Source: Thermodesulfobacteriota bacterium (GTDB lineage Bacteria; Desulfobacterota; Desulfarculia; JACQYL01). From it: a stretch of DNA of 64,000 nucleotides. The stretch covers positions 3,008,001 to 3,072,000 of the forward strand of contig CAXXLZ010000002.1 of assembly GCA_963675595.2 (NCBI GenBank). The letters run 5' to 3'. Position numbers and translations under genes: made by a program. Shown in pieces: positions 18,027 through 26,900 of the stretch (positions are counted from its first letter, which is position 1; each line of letters begins with the position of its first letter). The notes under the pieces are model-generated. The model saw only the letters and a list, made by a program, of their open reading frames with translations. It was not told the DNA's origin and ran no database searches.

Positions 18027-19436
18027 TTGAGCGAACCCACGGAAGCCTTTATCAAGGGCCTTTTCAACGCCCCGATTTCTTTTTCCTCCCTGTTGGATGA
18101 AATCCCTCACGGCATCCTTCTTCTGGACCCGGACAGAAACGCATTGGTCATGAATCGAGCCCTCCAAGGGCTCACCGGTTTCTTCCACACGCCCGTGCGT
18201 CGGCTCCCCTGCGCCCACATCCTCAGGAGCGACATCTGCATCCTGCGTTGTCCCGCTCTGGGCATGGGTCCCGCTTCTTCGGGGGTCTGTCGGGAAGGAA
18301 ATCTGATCAACCGAAACCGACGAAAGATTCCGGTTCGGATCACCCTTTCTCCTCTCAAGACCGAAGACGGCCACACGGCGGGCTTCATGGAAACCGTCGA
18401 AGACCTGAGCCTGTTGAGAGAAATGGGTGATCAACACGCCGAGGAGGGGCGCATCCAAGGACTCATCGGCCAGAGTCCGGAGATGAAGCGCATCTTGAAC
18501 ATGGTGCCGGCGGTGGCCCAGACCGACTCCTCGGTATTGATCACCGGCGAAACGGGCACCGGCAAAGATCTGGTGGCGGAAGCCCTGCATCGGTCGTCGT
18601 CGAGGGCCAAAGGCCCGTTCATCAAGGTGAACTGCGGCGCGCTGCCGGAGACATTGCTGGAGTCCGAGCTCTTCGGTCACAAAAAGGGGGCCTTCACCGG
18701 CGCTGTGGACAACAAACCGGGCCGGTTCAAGCTCGCTCATAACGGAACCCTGTTTCTCACCGAGATCGGGGACCTGCCCCTGAATCTTCAGGTCAAGCTC
18801 TTGACCTTTCTTGACGACCGGATGATTCATCCATTGGGAAGCTCATCCGGATTTCAGGCGGACGTTCGTGTGATCGCCGCCACCCATAGAAATCTGGAGG
18901 CCATGGTCCGTGAAGACCGCTTCCGCAGGGACCTGTTGTATCGTCTCAATGTGGTCCGCATCGAGCTCCCGCCCCTACGCCGCCGAGGAGAGGATCTTCG
19001 GGTTCTCCTGGATCACTTCCTGGTGACGTTCTCCCGGAAATTCAACAAACGGATTCGGACCTACTCGGGCGAGTCCCTGGAAGTACTGACCCGCTTTCCC
19101 TATCCGGGCAATGTCCGGGAACTCCGTAACATGGTGGAATACGCAGTGAACGTCTGCGACACCGAGCAAATCGACGTGCGACATCTTCCTTCTTACATCC
19201 TGGAAGAGCAGACGGAGACGCGCCTTCAGAATCGGGAGGACAAAACTGCCTCCCCCACCCTTCTGGTCGGCCCTTCCCAGTCGATGGATCAAGTGAGCTG
19301 GGCGGGAATGGAAAGACGAATGATCCTCGAAGCCCTCGTACGCGCCAAGGGGCGAAAGGGAAGAGCGGCCGACCTATTGGGGTGGGGGCGCAGCACGCTC
19401 TGGCGCAAAATGAAGGAGCACGGCATTGAGTCTTGA
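18027..19436 (+). CDS. Sigma54-dependent activator, Cys-PAS-AAA-Fis HTH (OrpR-like)
   Basis: PAS with C-x8-C-x3-C; GETGTGKD, ESELFGH, GAFTGA, YPGNVREL, C-terminal HTH; Walker B reads FLTE. Confidence 0.9.
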   Translation: MSEPTEAFIKGLFNAPISFSSLLDEIPHGILLLDPDRNALVMNRALQGLTGFFHTPVRRLPCAHILRSDICILRCPALGMGPASSGVCREGNLINRNRRKIPVRITLSPLKTEDGHTAGFMETVEDLSLLREMGDQHAEEGRIQGLIGQSPEMKRILNMVPAVAQTDSSVLITGETGTGKDLVAEALHRSSSRAKGPFIKVNCGALPETLLESELFGHKKGAFTGAVDNKPGRFKLAHNGTLFLTEIGDLPLNLQVKLLTFLDDRMIHPLGSSSGFQADVRVIAATHRNLEAMVREDRFRRDLLYRLNVVRIELPPLRRRGEDLRVLLDHFLVTFSRKFNKRIRTYSGESLEVLTRFPYPGNVRELRNMVEYAVNVCDTEQIDVRHLPSYILEEQTETRLQNREDKTASPTLLVGPSQSMDQVSWAGMERRMILEALVRAKGRKGRAADLLGWGRSTLWRKMKEHGIES

Positions 19437-19470
19437 CAAAAGGGTATACTTACAGGAGCTGATTTGGTAG

Positions 19471-19827
19471 ATGGATGGGTTGAGAGAAAAGGTTCACAAA
19501 GTTCTGATTCCTCTATTCGGCGACGACGTCGCCCCAAGATTCGATCTGGTTAATGAGGCCCTCATCGTAATTCTTGGACCCGACGGCGAAGTTCGCGACC
19601 ATAGAACCGTTCTCCTGGCAAGGGCGTCCGCGGAAGACCTATGCCACCTCATCCTCACGGACGGAGTGGAGGTGGTCATTTGCGGCGGCATCGAAGAGGA
19701 ATACGCTCAATATCTTTCTTGGAAGAAGGCCCGGGTGGTGGATTCCGTCATGGGGCCATGGAACAGGGTGTTGGATCGATACCGCCAAGGGCGACTCAAA
19801 TCCGGGGACGTTCTTTTTGAACCCTAA
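19471..19827 (+). CDS. NifB/NifX (MTH1175/Orp-like) family protein
   Basis: KVLIP..DVAPRFD and VVICGGI motifs of the FeMo-co/NifX-like fold; 118 aa. Confidence 0.75.
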   Translation: MDGLREKVHKVLIPLFGDDVAPRFDLVNEALIVILGPDGEVRDHRTVLLARASAEDLCHLILTDGVEVVICGGIEEEYAQYLSWKKARVVDSVMGPWNRVLDRYRQGRLKSGDVLFEP

Positions 19828-19841
19828 GCGGGCGACGTGAT

Positions 19842-21566
19842 ATGGGACTGGCGAACTGGTTTAGACAAAGGGCCGGCTCATTGCTCCGATTCCCTTCGGA
19901 AGGTTCTTCTCCGGAGCGTTACAGCATTCTCCGACGCAACATGATGATCATGATGCTCGTGGTCACCATCGTCCCTTTGTGCCTCATGGCCGCCGTGAAC
20001 TATGTGGAATATCAGAAGGCTCTGAAAGCGGAAATCCTCTCTCCCCTGAAAGCCCTGCTCAACAAAACCAAGCACTCCTTCGAACTGTTTCTCACGGAAC
20101 GCACTTCAGCAGTCAGTTTCATCGCCTCCGCCTATCCGTATAGCGAACTGGAACGTGAAGCGAACCTGGCCCGAATCTTCACGGTGATGCGCGAAGAATT
20201 CGGCGGATTCGTGGATCTGGGCCTCATCGATGACAACGGAATCCAGGTCAGTTATTCCGGACCGTATCAACTTCGCGGAAAAGATTACTCCGAGCAGACT
20301 TGGTTCCAGGAAGTCCAGCTTCGCGGCGTGTACACCAGCGAAGTCTTCCTGGGATATCGACATTTCCCTCACATCGTCATCGCCGTCCATCACCCTTGCG
20401 ATTCCAGTCGCTGCTGGACGGTTCGAGCCACGATCAACACGGAAAAGTTCGACACGCTCATCGCTTCCATGGGCCTGGAGCCCGAAAGCGACGCGTTTCT
20501 GGTGAATCGTGACGGAATCCTTCAGACCCCCTCCAAGTATTACGGAAAGGTCCTCGATACCATTCCCATGCCCATGCCGCCCGTGTCCTTTACTCCCAAC
20601 GTGGTGGAACTGACGGATCCGGCCGGCAGGGACCTGATGCAGGGATACGTTCACTTCATTTCTCCGGCTTATGTGCTGATGGTACTCAAGCCCAAAACCG
20701 AAGTGCTCAAGAACTGGTACGCGCTCAAGAGCGAGATTCTCTTCCTTTTCGTCACCGGCGTGGTGTCCGTGTTCTTCCTCGTATTCACTCTCACCAACCT
20801 GTTGGTGAAACGAGTCCAGGAATCGGACGAAAAGCGGGAGGCGGCCTTCCGAGAGATGGAGCACACGCACAAACTCTCTTCCATCGGACGTCTGGCGGCG
20901 GGGGTCGCTCATGAAATCAACAACCCATTGGCCATCATCAACGAGAAGACCGGACTCATGAAGGACCTCTTGCAGTTCACGGAAGACTTCCCCCAGCGGG
21001 AGAAATTTCTGGGATTGGTGGAAGCGATCCTCAAGTCCGTGAATCGATGCCGGGGTGTCACCCACCGTCTACTGGGTTTTGCAAAGCGCATGGAGGTCAG
21101 TGTCGAGATTCTGGACATCAACGACGTGGTGCGCGAGGTCTTGGGCTTCCTCGAAAAGGAAGCGCTCTATCGCAACATTGAAGTGATTCTTGAGCTCAAG
21201 GAAGACGTTCCCCGCATTTCTTCCGACCGAGGTCAACTGCAGCAGGTGTTTTTGAACATTCTCAACAACAGCTTCGCCGCGGTTGAAGACGGCGGGAAAG
21301 TAACGGTGAGAACCTGGGACGACCGGACCTATCTGAACGTTGCCTTCGAGGACAACGGTTGCGGAATGTCCGAGGAAACCCAGAAACATATTTTCGAACC
21401 CTTTTTCACCACCAAGAAGACCCACGGCACGGGGCTCGGTCTTTCCATCACCTACGGGATCGTGCGCAAGTTAGGGGGCCAGCTGGAAGTGAAAAGTCAG
21501 GAAGGAATCGGAACCACGTTCACGATACATTTTTCGAAAACGCCTGTATCCGGCCAGGGAGATTGA
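19842..21566 (+). CDS. Membrane sensor histidine kinase (Cache-type periplasmic domain, NtrB-like core)
   Basis: Two TM helices; H-box AHEINNPL, N-box QVFLNILNN, DNGCG, FEPFFTTK, GTGLGL. Confidence 0.92.
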   Translation: MGLANWFRQRAGSLLRFPSEGSSPERYSILRRNMMIMMLVVTIVPLCLMAAVNYVEYQKALKAEILSPLKALLNKTKHSFELFLTERTSAVSFIASAYPYSELEREANLARIFTVMREEFGGFVDLGLIDDNGIQVSYSGPYQLRGKDYSEQTWFQEVQLRGVYTSEVFLGYRHFPHIVIAVHHPCDSSRCWTVRATINTEKFDTLIASMGLEPESDAFLVNRDGILQTPSKYYGKVLDTIPMPMPPVSFTPNVVELTDPAGRDLMQGYVHFISPAYVLMVLKPKTEVLKNWYALKSEILFLFVTGVVSVFFLVFTLTNLLVKRVQESDEKREAAFREMEHTHKLSSIGRLAAGVAHEINNPLAIINEKTGLMKDLLQFTEDFPQREKFLGLVEAILKSVNRCRGVTHRLLGFAKRMEVSVEILDINDVVREVLGFLEKEALYRNIEVILELKEDVPRISSDRGQLQQVFLNILNNSFAAVEDGGKVTVRTWDDRTYLNVAFEDNGCGMSEETQKHIFEPFFTTKKTHGTGLGLSITYGIVRKLGGQLEVKSQEGIGTTFTIHFSKTPVSGQGD

Positions 21567-21567
21567 C

Positions 21568-21945
21568 ATGGGAGAGATCAACCTGCTGCTCGTTGATGAT
21601 GAGGCGGAATTTGTTTCCACCTTGGCGGAACGATTATCTTTTCGGGGAATCGATGTGCGCACGGCGCAAGATGGTGAAGAGGCCCTCAGACTCACGGCGG
21701 AAGAAGTCCCCCAAGTGGTGGTGCTCGACGTGATGATGCCCGGACTGGGAGGGCTGGAAGTCCTCAAACGCATGAAGTCCCAATATCCCGAGTTGCCCGT
21801 GATTCTGCTCACCGGTCACGCCTCCGCCGGCGACGGAGAGGCCGGGTTGCGCTACGGCGCTTTCGACTATCTGATTAAGCCTTTGGATATCGACGTTCTC
21901 CTCACCAAGATCCGGGAAGCGGTGAAAAAACCGTCCCAAACTTGA
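21568..21945 (+). CDS. Single-domain response regulator
   Basis: LLVDDE, VLDVMMPG, LLTGH, YLIKP; all canonical receiver residues present. Confidence 0.92.
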   Translation: MGEINLLLVDDEAEFVSTLAERLSFRGIDVRTAQDGEEALRLTAEEVPQVVVLDVMMPGLGGLEVLKRMKSQYPELPVILLTGHASAGDGEAGLRYGAFDYLIKPLDIDVLLTKIREAVKKPSQT

Positions 21946-22644
21946 TTGGACAAAAAGGAAGCAGCATTGAAAGAATCCGAAGCTCGCGAAGTCGCTTTTT
22001 ACGGAAGAATCACCGCAGGGGTGACTCATGAATTCCGAAACGTTCTCGCCATCATCCGGGAGTCGGCGGGGCTCCTGCAGGACCTGTTGTGTCTATGTGA
22101 TGCCGACTCCTTGAAGCATCGGGATAAATGGGAAACCTCTCTAACCAGAATATCTCAGCAAGTGGACCGAGGCACGACCTTGGCGGACCGGCTCAACCGG
22201 TTTGCGCATTCTCCCGATTTGCCTGTGGCTCAGCTCGATTTGGTCGACGTCCTGGATGAAATTCTATTCCTCAGCCGGCGTTTCGCTCGCGGCCACCTCG
22301 TGGACCTGACCTATCACCCCAACGGTACGGGGGCTCCCCTCAATCTGACGGGGGAAGCGCCTCGCGTGTTCATGGCCTTGTTCGGGTGCATCGAATACGC
22401 GGTTCGACACATTTCCGGAGGAGGGACCGTGTCCGTGGAGACGGCAACGGACGGCAAACGCCATTCCATTCGATTTCACTGTGTGCCCGCCGAATCTCAG
22501 GGGGAAACCAGTGGCGCCGCGCCGTTCGATGAAGAGGAATGGCGGGTGCTGCAAGGCTTGTTCGAGGGATTGGGAGGAGAAGTGGAATCCGGGAACGGGG
22601 GGTCCGAACTGGTCTGCCGGATACCGGCGCGTGCCGGGAGCTGA
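21946..22644 (+). CDS. Histidine-kinase-like protein with intact H-box and degenerate ATPase domain (putative phosphotransferase)
   Basis: GVTHEFRNVLAII H-box; no recognisable N, G1, F or G2 boxes; TTG start directly after the upstream stop. Confidence 0.7.
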   Translation: MDKKEAALKESEAREVAFYGRITAGVTHEFRNVLAIIRESAGLLQDLLCLCDADSLKHRDKWETSLTRISQQVDRGTTLADRLNRFAHSPDLPVAQLDLVDVLDEILFLSRRFARGHLVDLTYHPNGTGAPLNLTGEAPRVFMALFGCIEYAVRHISGGGTVSVETATDGKRHSIRFHCVPAESQGETSGAAPFDEEEWRVLQGLFEGLGGEVESGNGGSELVCRIPARAGS

Positions 22645-22652
22645 AACCACGC

Positions 22653-22778
22653 TGTTTCGAATTGTCTCATTTTGATACGCCATAATTGTTTCATTATGTT
22701 TTGATCCGCCCACGGCTTCTTCCTGCCCGACCTAACTGATTGATATCATTTCCATGCTCCTTTGGCACCGTCCTTGCT
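22653..22778 (+). promoter_or_regulatory. Sigma54 promoter with activator UAS and IHF site
   Basis: TGGCAC-CGTCC-TTGCT at 22763-22778 (perfect); TAACTGATTGATA at 22733-22745 (perfect IHF consensus on the reverse strand); imperfect palindrome GTCTCA-TTT-TGATAC at 22664-22678 plus TGTTTC half-sites. Confidence 0.8.
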
Positions 22779-23015
22779 CTACTACCGGAAAACTCTTCCC
22801 CAAGGAGCACTCCAGAAGATGCTCGGAAACCATCTTCCTTCGGGTTTCGTCTCGGCCGAGGTATTCGCGGCCTGTTTTTCAGCGGGCTTTGGCCGGCGCC
22901 TTCTTCCCGGGGCCGGACCCAAGGCCGGCCTCATGGATTGCCACGTTCCGGCTCGTCATGCACGGGTCCGCTTCACCGGCGACCCGACGTCACCGAGCGG
23001 GGGGAGTTGACGGCC

Positions 23016-23378
23016 ATGTCCCACACGGTGTTGATCGTCGAACCGGCGGATCTGCTCCGCACAAGACTTACCGAGTTGCTGCGCCCGGAGGGATACCGAC
23101 TCCTCGAAGCGTGCGGCGTGGCCGAAAGCGAAGGATTCTTCGAGCGAGAAACCGTGCGGGTGGCGATCCTGGATTTGGTGGAACTCAAACACGACGGAGT
23201 AACCTTGCTCAAATGGATCAAACGATGCTATCCCGACACCCGGGTAGTCCTGTTGAACAGCATTCAGTCCCTCGCCCTTTCCATGGAGGCCATGAACTCG
23301 GGGGCTTTTGACGAAGTCATGATGCCCTTCGACCGGGAGTTGCTCCTGGATCGCGTGAGGGAGGCCGCCTCGGTTTGA
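23016..23378 (+). CDS. Atypical (pseudo) receiver-domain protein
   Basis: ATG 23016 after GGGGAG; receiver fold with phospho-Asp (AILD) but acidic pocket EP, Thr->Asn and Lys->Met. Confidence 0.75.
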   Translation: MSHTVLIVEPADLLRTRLTELLRPEGYRLLEACGVAESEGFFERETVRVAILDLVELKHDGVTLLKWIKRCYPDTRVVLLNSIQSLALSMEAMNSGAFDEVMMPFDRELLLDRVREAASV

Positions 23379-23498
23379 TGGGCCTCCAAGACCTGAACGG
23401 GTGAAGGGACGGACCGCACAGGCAGGGCAAGAAACAGCCACGGCAATAGAGAGAACACTCGAAAACGAGAACAGGATTAGACATAAGGAGAGGGAACC

Positions 23499-23927
23499 AT
23501 GGCCATTCGCGTTCTGCTGGTGGATGACGAAGAGGAATTCGTGAAGTCGCTCGCTCAGCGACTTGAAGTCAGAGACTTTGAGGTCCAGGCCCTGCTCAAC
23601 GGCGACGACGCCGTCTCCTGGCTCCATGAGCACGACGCCGACGTCGTGATCCTCGATGTTCTGATGCCGGGCAAAGACGGCATCGACACGCTGCGCGACA
23701 TCAAACAGCTCAAGCCTCTCGTGGAAGTCATCATGCTGACCGGTCACGGCACCGTTCAGACGGGCATCCAGGGGATGAAGCTGGGAGCGTACGATTACCT
23801 CATGAAGCCCACGGACATGCAGGAACTGGTGGACAAGATCAACGCGGCCAATGCGCGAAAGTCCGATCAGGAGAAAAGAATCCAGGAAGCCGAAATTCAA
23901 CACATCATGAAAACCAAGGGCTGGTAG
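23499..23927 (+). CDS. Single-domain response regulator
   Basis: LLVDDEE, ILDVLMPG, MLTGHG, YLMKP; short helical C-terminal tail, no output domain. Confidence 0.92.
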   Translation: MAIRVLLVDDEEEFVKSLAQRLEVRDFEVQALLNGDDAVSWLHEHDADVVILDVLMPGKDGIDTLRDIKQLKPLVEVIMLTGHGTVQTGIQGMKLGAYDYLMKPTDMQELVDKINAANARKSDQEKRIQEAEIQHIMKTKGW

Positions 23928-24157
23928 TAGGCCGGGGCGCTTTCCGGTTCCGCAGTCGACCTCCGGACCGTTGACCGACATCGGTTTGCGTCCCGTTATG
24001 GCCCATGGGTCCGAACAAAGGTTGAAAAGGTTCTTTCAGCCGCTTTGTAGGATCCAACGCACGGGGAGTTCACAGGGGCCGTCGCACGCACCGACCCGAA
24101 TGTCGGGAACGGGCGGAGGCCGTCCGGCTTCGACCTATTCCATCAGGGAGAATCAAA

Positions 24158-24712
24158 GTGATTGATATCCGGATTAAAGAACTCATGGTTCCAGTGGCTC
24201 AGTATGCCACCATCGACGAAGACGCCACTCTCTACGACGCGGTCGTCGCTCTCGAAGAAGCCCAAAATCGCTACGATCAGTCCAAGTACGTGCACAGGGC
24301 GCTCTTGGTCTTCGGCAAAAACAAACGAATCGTAGGGAAACTCAGTCAGTTGGACATGATTCGAGGCCTCGAGCCGAAATACGATCAGATCGTGGATTCC
24401 AGCCAGCTTTCAAGGTTCGGAATGACCAAATCCTATCTCGAATCCATCCTCAAAGGACACGAGCTTTGGCAGAAGCCCTTGAGCGATCTTTGTCGCAAGG
24501 CCGGCAACATCAAAGTCAAGGACATCATGCACAAACCCACGGAGTCCGAACACATCGACGAAGACGCCACTCTGGACCGGGCCACGCATGTCTTTATCGC
24601 AGGGTGTCACCAGTCGCTCCTGGTGACCCGCAACGGTGAGATCGTCGGGATTCTCCGACTCACCGACCTCTTCGATAAGGTCAGCGCCATGGTCAAGGCT
24701 TGCGCATTATGA
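24158..24712 (+). CDS. CBS-domain protein
   Basis: IKELM..ATIDEDATL / VKDIM..IDEDATL tandem CBS pair, IVGILRLTDL. Confidence 0.85.
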   Translation: MIDIRIKELMVPVAQYATIDEDATLYDAVVALEEAQNRYDQSKYVHRALLVFGKNKRIVGKLSQLDMIRGLEPKYDQIVDSSQLSRFGMTKSYLESILKGHELWQKPLSDLCRKAGNIKVKDIMHKPTESEHIDEDATLDRATHVFIAGCHQSLLVTRNGEIVGILRLTDLFDKVSAMVKACAL

Positions 24713-24762
24713 TTTAAACCCGCTCCGAAAGCGAATCCCGGACGGCGAAAAGGAGTAGATCC

Positions 24763-26241
24763 ATGAGCGCTGATGCGGCATCCTTAGAACGTAAAACCAT
24801 CGATCTGAAACGCATACTCTTTCTCCTGTTGGGTGTGGCCCTTTTCACGGGCTTCTACCTGGCTCCACCCTTCCCGGACGCCGTGGACCCCATGGGAGAG
24901 CATTTTGCTCTCAGCAGGGAAGCCAAAGGGGCTTTGGCGGTATTTCTCCTTGCCGGCACTTGGTGGGTCTTCGAAGTGGTCCCCATTGGAGTCACGAGTC
25001 TGGCCATCGGCGTACTCCAGGCTCTCTTTCTGATCCGCCCGGCGAAAGAAGCCTTCAAAGACTTCATGGATCCTTCGGTCCTGTTCATCTTCGCCTCCGT
25101 CGTGGTGGGCACCGTCTTCACCAAGACGGGACTCACCAAGCGCTTGGCCTACAAGATGCTGGCCATCGTCGGAGAGAAGACGAGCATGATCTATCTCGGC
25201 TGCTTTCTGGTGACCGCCCTGCTGACCCACATCATGGCCCACACCGCCGTGGCCGCCACCATGTATCCCCTCCTCCTCACCGTCTATTCCCTTTACGGAG
25301 CGGACAACAAACCGACCAAGTTCGGTAAGGGCCTGTTCATCGGTATGGCCTATGTGGCGGGAGCGGGTAGTATCGTCACTCTTCTCGGGGCGGCCCGAGG
25401 CGCGGTGGCCATCGGTTTCTTCAAGGATATCATGGCAAGAGAAATCAGCTTCTTCGAGCTCACCTATTACATGTTTCCCGTGGGCTGGATCATGGTGTTC
25501 GTGCTCTGGGGATTCTTCATGGTCTTCTTCAAGCCGGAGAAAGCGGTCATTCCCGGCCTTCGAGAGCGAGCCAAAGCGCTCAATAAGGACCTGGGTCCCA
25601 TCACCCGTCAGGAAATTCTCGCCGCAGTCATCGTGGGCCTCATGATTCTGACCATGTCCCTGCGATCATTCATCCCGGCGCTGAAGCCGATAGACAAGAC
25701 GGCGATCATCCTGATCTCCACGATTCTATTCTACATCTTCCGCATCCTGGATCTGAATGATCTGGAGGAGATTCCCTGGAACATCATCCTGCTCTTTTCC
25801 GGCGCCATGAGCATCGGGTTCTGCCTCTGGGAAACCGGCGCCGCCAAGTGGCTCGCGGTGAACTGGCTCGTCATGTTCCAGAAAGCCAACTGGTTCGTCT
25901 TCGTCATGAGCATCGCGTTCTTCGTCATGATCATGACCAACTTCATCATGAACGTGGCCGCCATTGCCATATCCATTCCGGTGGCGCTGGTCATCGCCCC
26001 CTACCTGGGGGTTGCGGCGGAGGTCATCCTTTTCGCCGCACTGGTAACCGCGGGGATGCCCTTCCTTCTCCTGGTGGGTGCCGCCCCCAATGCCATCGCG
26101 TACAATTCGGGCCAATTCACCAGCGGCGAGTTCTTCAAGTACGGTGTTCCGGCCAGTATCCTGCTCATGATTCTCGTGGGCGTGGCCGCCTTGATTATTT
26201 GGCCTCTCATGGGCATGCCGGTGACCATACCCAAACCCTGA
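24763..26241 (+). CDS. SLC13/DASS family anion:cation symporter
   Basis: Polytopic; WVFEVVPIGVTSL, THIMAHTAVAA, IPWNIILLFSG, TNFIMNVAA, APNAIAY. Confidence 0.88.
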   Translation: MSADAASLERKTIDLKRILFLLLGVALFTGFYLAPPFPDAVDPMGEHFALSREAKGALAVFLLAGTWWVFEVVPIGVTSLAIGVLQALFLIRPAKEAFKDFMDPSVLFIFASVVVGTVFTKTGLTKRLAYKMLAIVGEKTSMIYLGCFLVTALLTHIMAHTAVAATMYPLLLTVYSLYGADNKPTKFGKGLFIGMAYVAGAGSIVTLLGAARGAVAIGFFKDIMAREISFFELTYYMFPVGWIMVFVLWGFFMVFFKPEKAVIPGLRERAKALNKDLGPITRQEILAAVIVGLMILTMSLRSFIPALKPIDKTAIILISTILFYIFRILDLNDLEEIPWNIILLFSGAMSIGFCLWETGAAKWLAVNWLVMFQKANWFVFVMSIAFFVMIMTNFIMNVAAIAISIPVALVIAPYLGVAAEVILFAALVTAGMPFLLLVGAAPNAIAYNSGQFTSGEFFKYGVPASILLMILVGVAALIIWPLMGMPVTIPKP

Positions 26242-26309
26242 TTCACCCATGAAACGGGAGGGCGGTTTCTTTCCATCCGCCCCTCCACACATCCGACGAG
26301 GCTTTCCCC

Positions 26310-26346
26310 AAAAAAACGGCGGACTTCGGGAATTCCCGAAGTCCGC
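26310..26346 (-). terminator. Terminator between the convergent DASS and csp genes
   Basis: 28-bp perfect palindrome GCGGACTTCGGGAATTCCCGAAGTCCGC (26319-26346) followed by a T tract on the minus strand. Confidence 0.7.
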
Positions 26347-26422
26347 TCCATTTTCAGCCGTCGCCTCCCCCCGACTCAAGGGCCGGGGCGTGCATCGGAA
26401 GGGGAAGCGGCCGGCCTTTGAA

Positions 26423-26623
26423 TCAAACCTTTCTCACCTCTTTCGCCACCGGCCCCTTTTCCGTTTCACCCATGACAAAGGACACTCGATCACCCTCCGC
26501 AAGCGTCCTATAGCCCTGCATGTCGATCGAAGTGTGATGCACGAACAGGTCGGGACCCCCGTCCTGGCTGATGAAGCCATAGCCTTTGTCATTCCGAAAC
26601 CATTTTACGATACCTTCCGGCAA
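26423..26623 (-). CDS. Cold-shock protein (CSD), 66 aa
   Basis: TTG start after GGGAGGT; GIVKWF, KGYGFI (RNP1), DLFVHH (RNP2), KGPVA. Confidence 0.92.
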   Translation of the reverse strand: MPEGIVKWFRNDKGYGFISQDGGPDLFVHHTSIDMQGYRTLAEGDRVSFVMGETEKGPVAKEVRKV

Positions 26624-26860
26624 GACTCTTACCTCCCATCCAAGTGTTCCGCTCTTCATCTGTCGAATCCGGTGGAGCAATGAGTAAGAGGCTCCTCCTC
26701 CCAGGAGCCGACCTTCACTTACCCCTTTTCTCCCACGGCATTCGACACCTTCAACAACCCCGGCGCGCGACGCAAGGGATGAGCCCGAACCGATGAATGC
26801 CGGGCGCAGGCTCATATTCCATTTAAAGCATGAAAGCGGAAAGCTTGTCTACTATCCTAT

Positions 26861-26900
26861 TCATGATTTTGAGTCATAAAAATCATGATTCCATTGTCAA
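26861..26900 (-). promoter_or_regulatory. Putative csp promoter with overlapping palindromic operator
   Basis: TTGACA (26895-26900, minus strand) and inverted repeat TCATGATTTT-N8-AAAATCATGA (26861-26888) over the -10 region. Confidence 0.45.

Noticed and set aside
26319-26346. 28-bp perfect palindrome as a MITE end or recombination site
   Set aside because: Single copy in the window, lying between convergent genes with a T tract; explained as a terminator.
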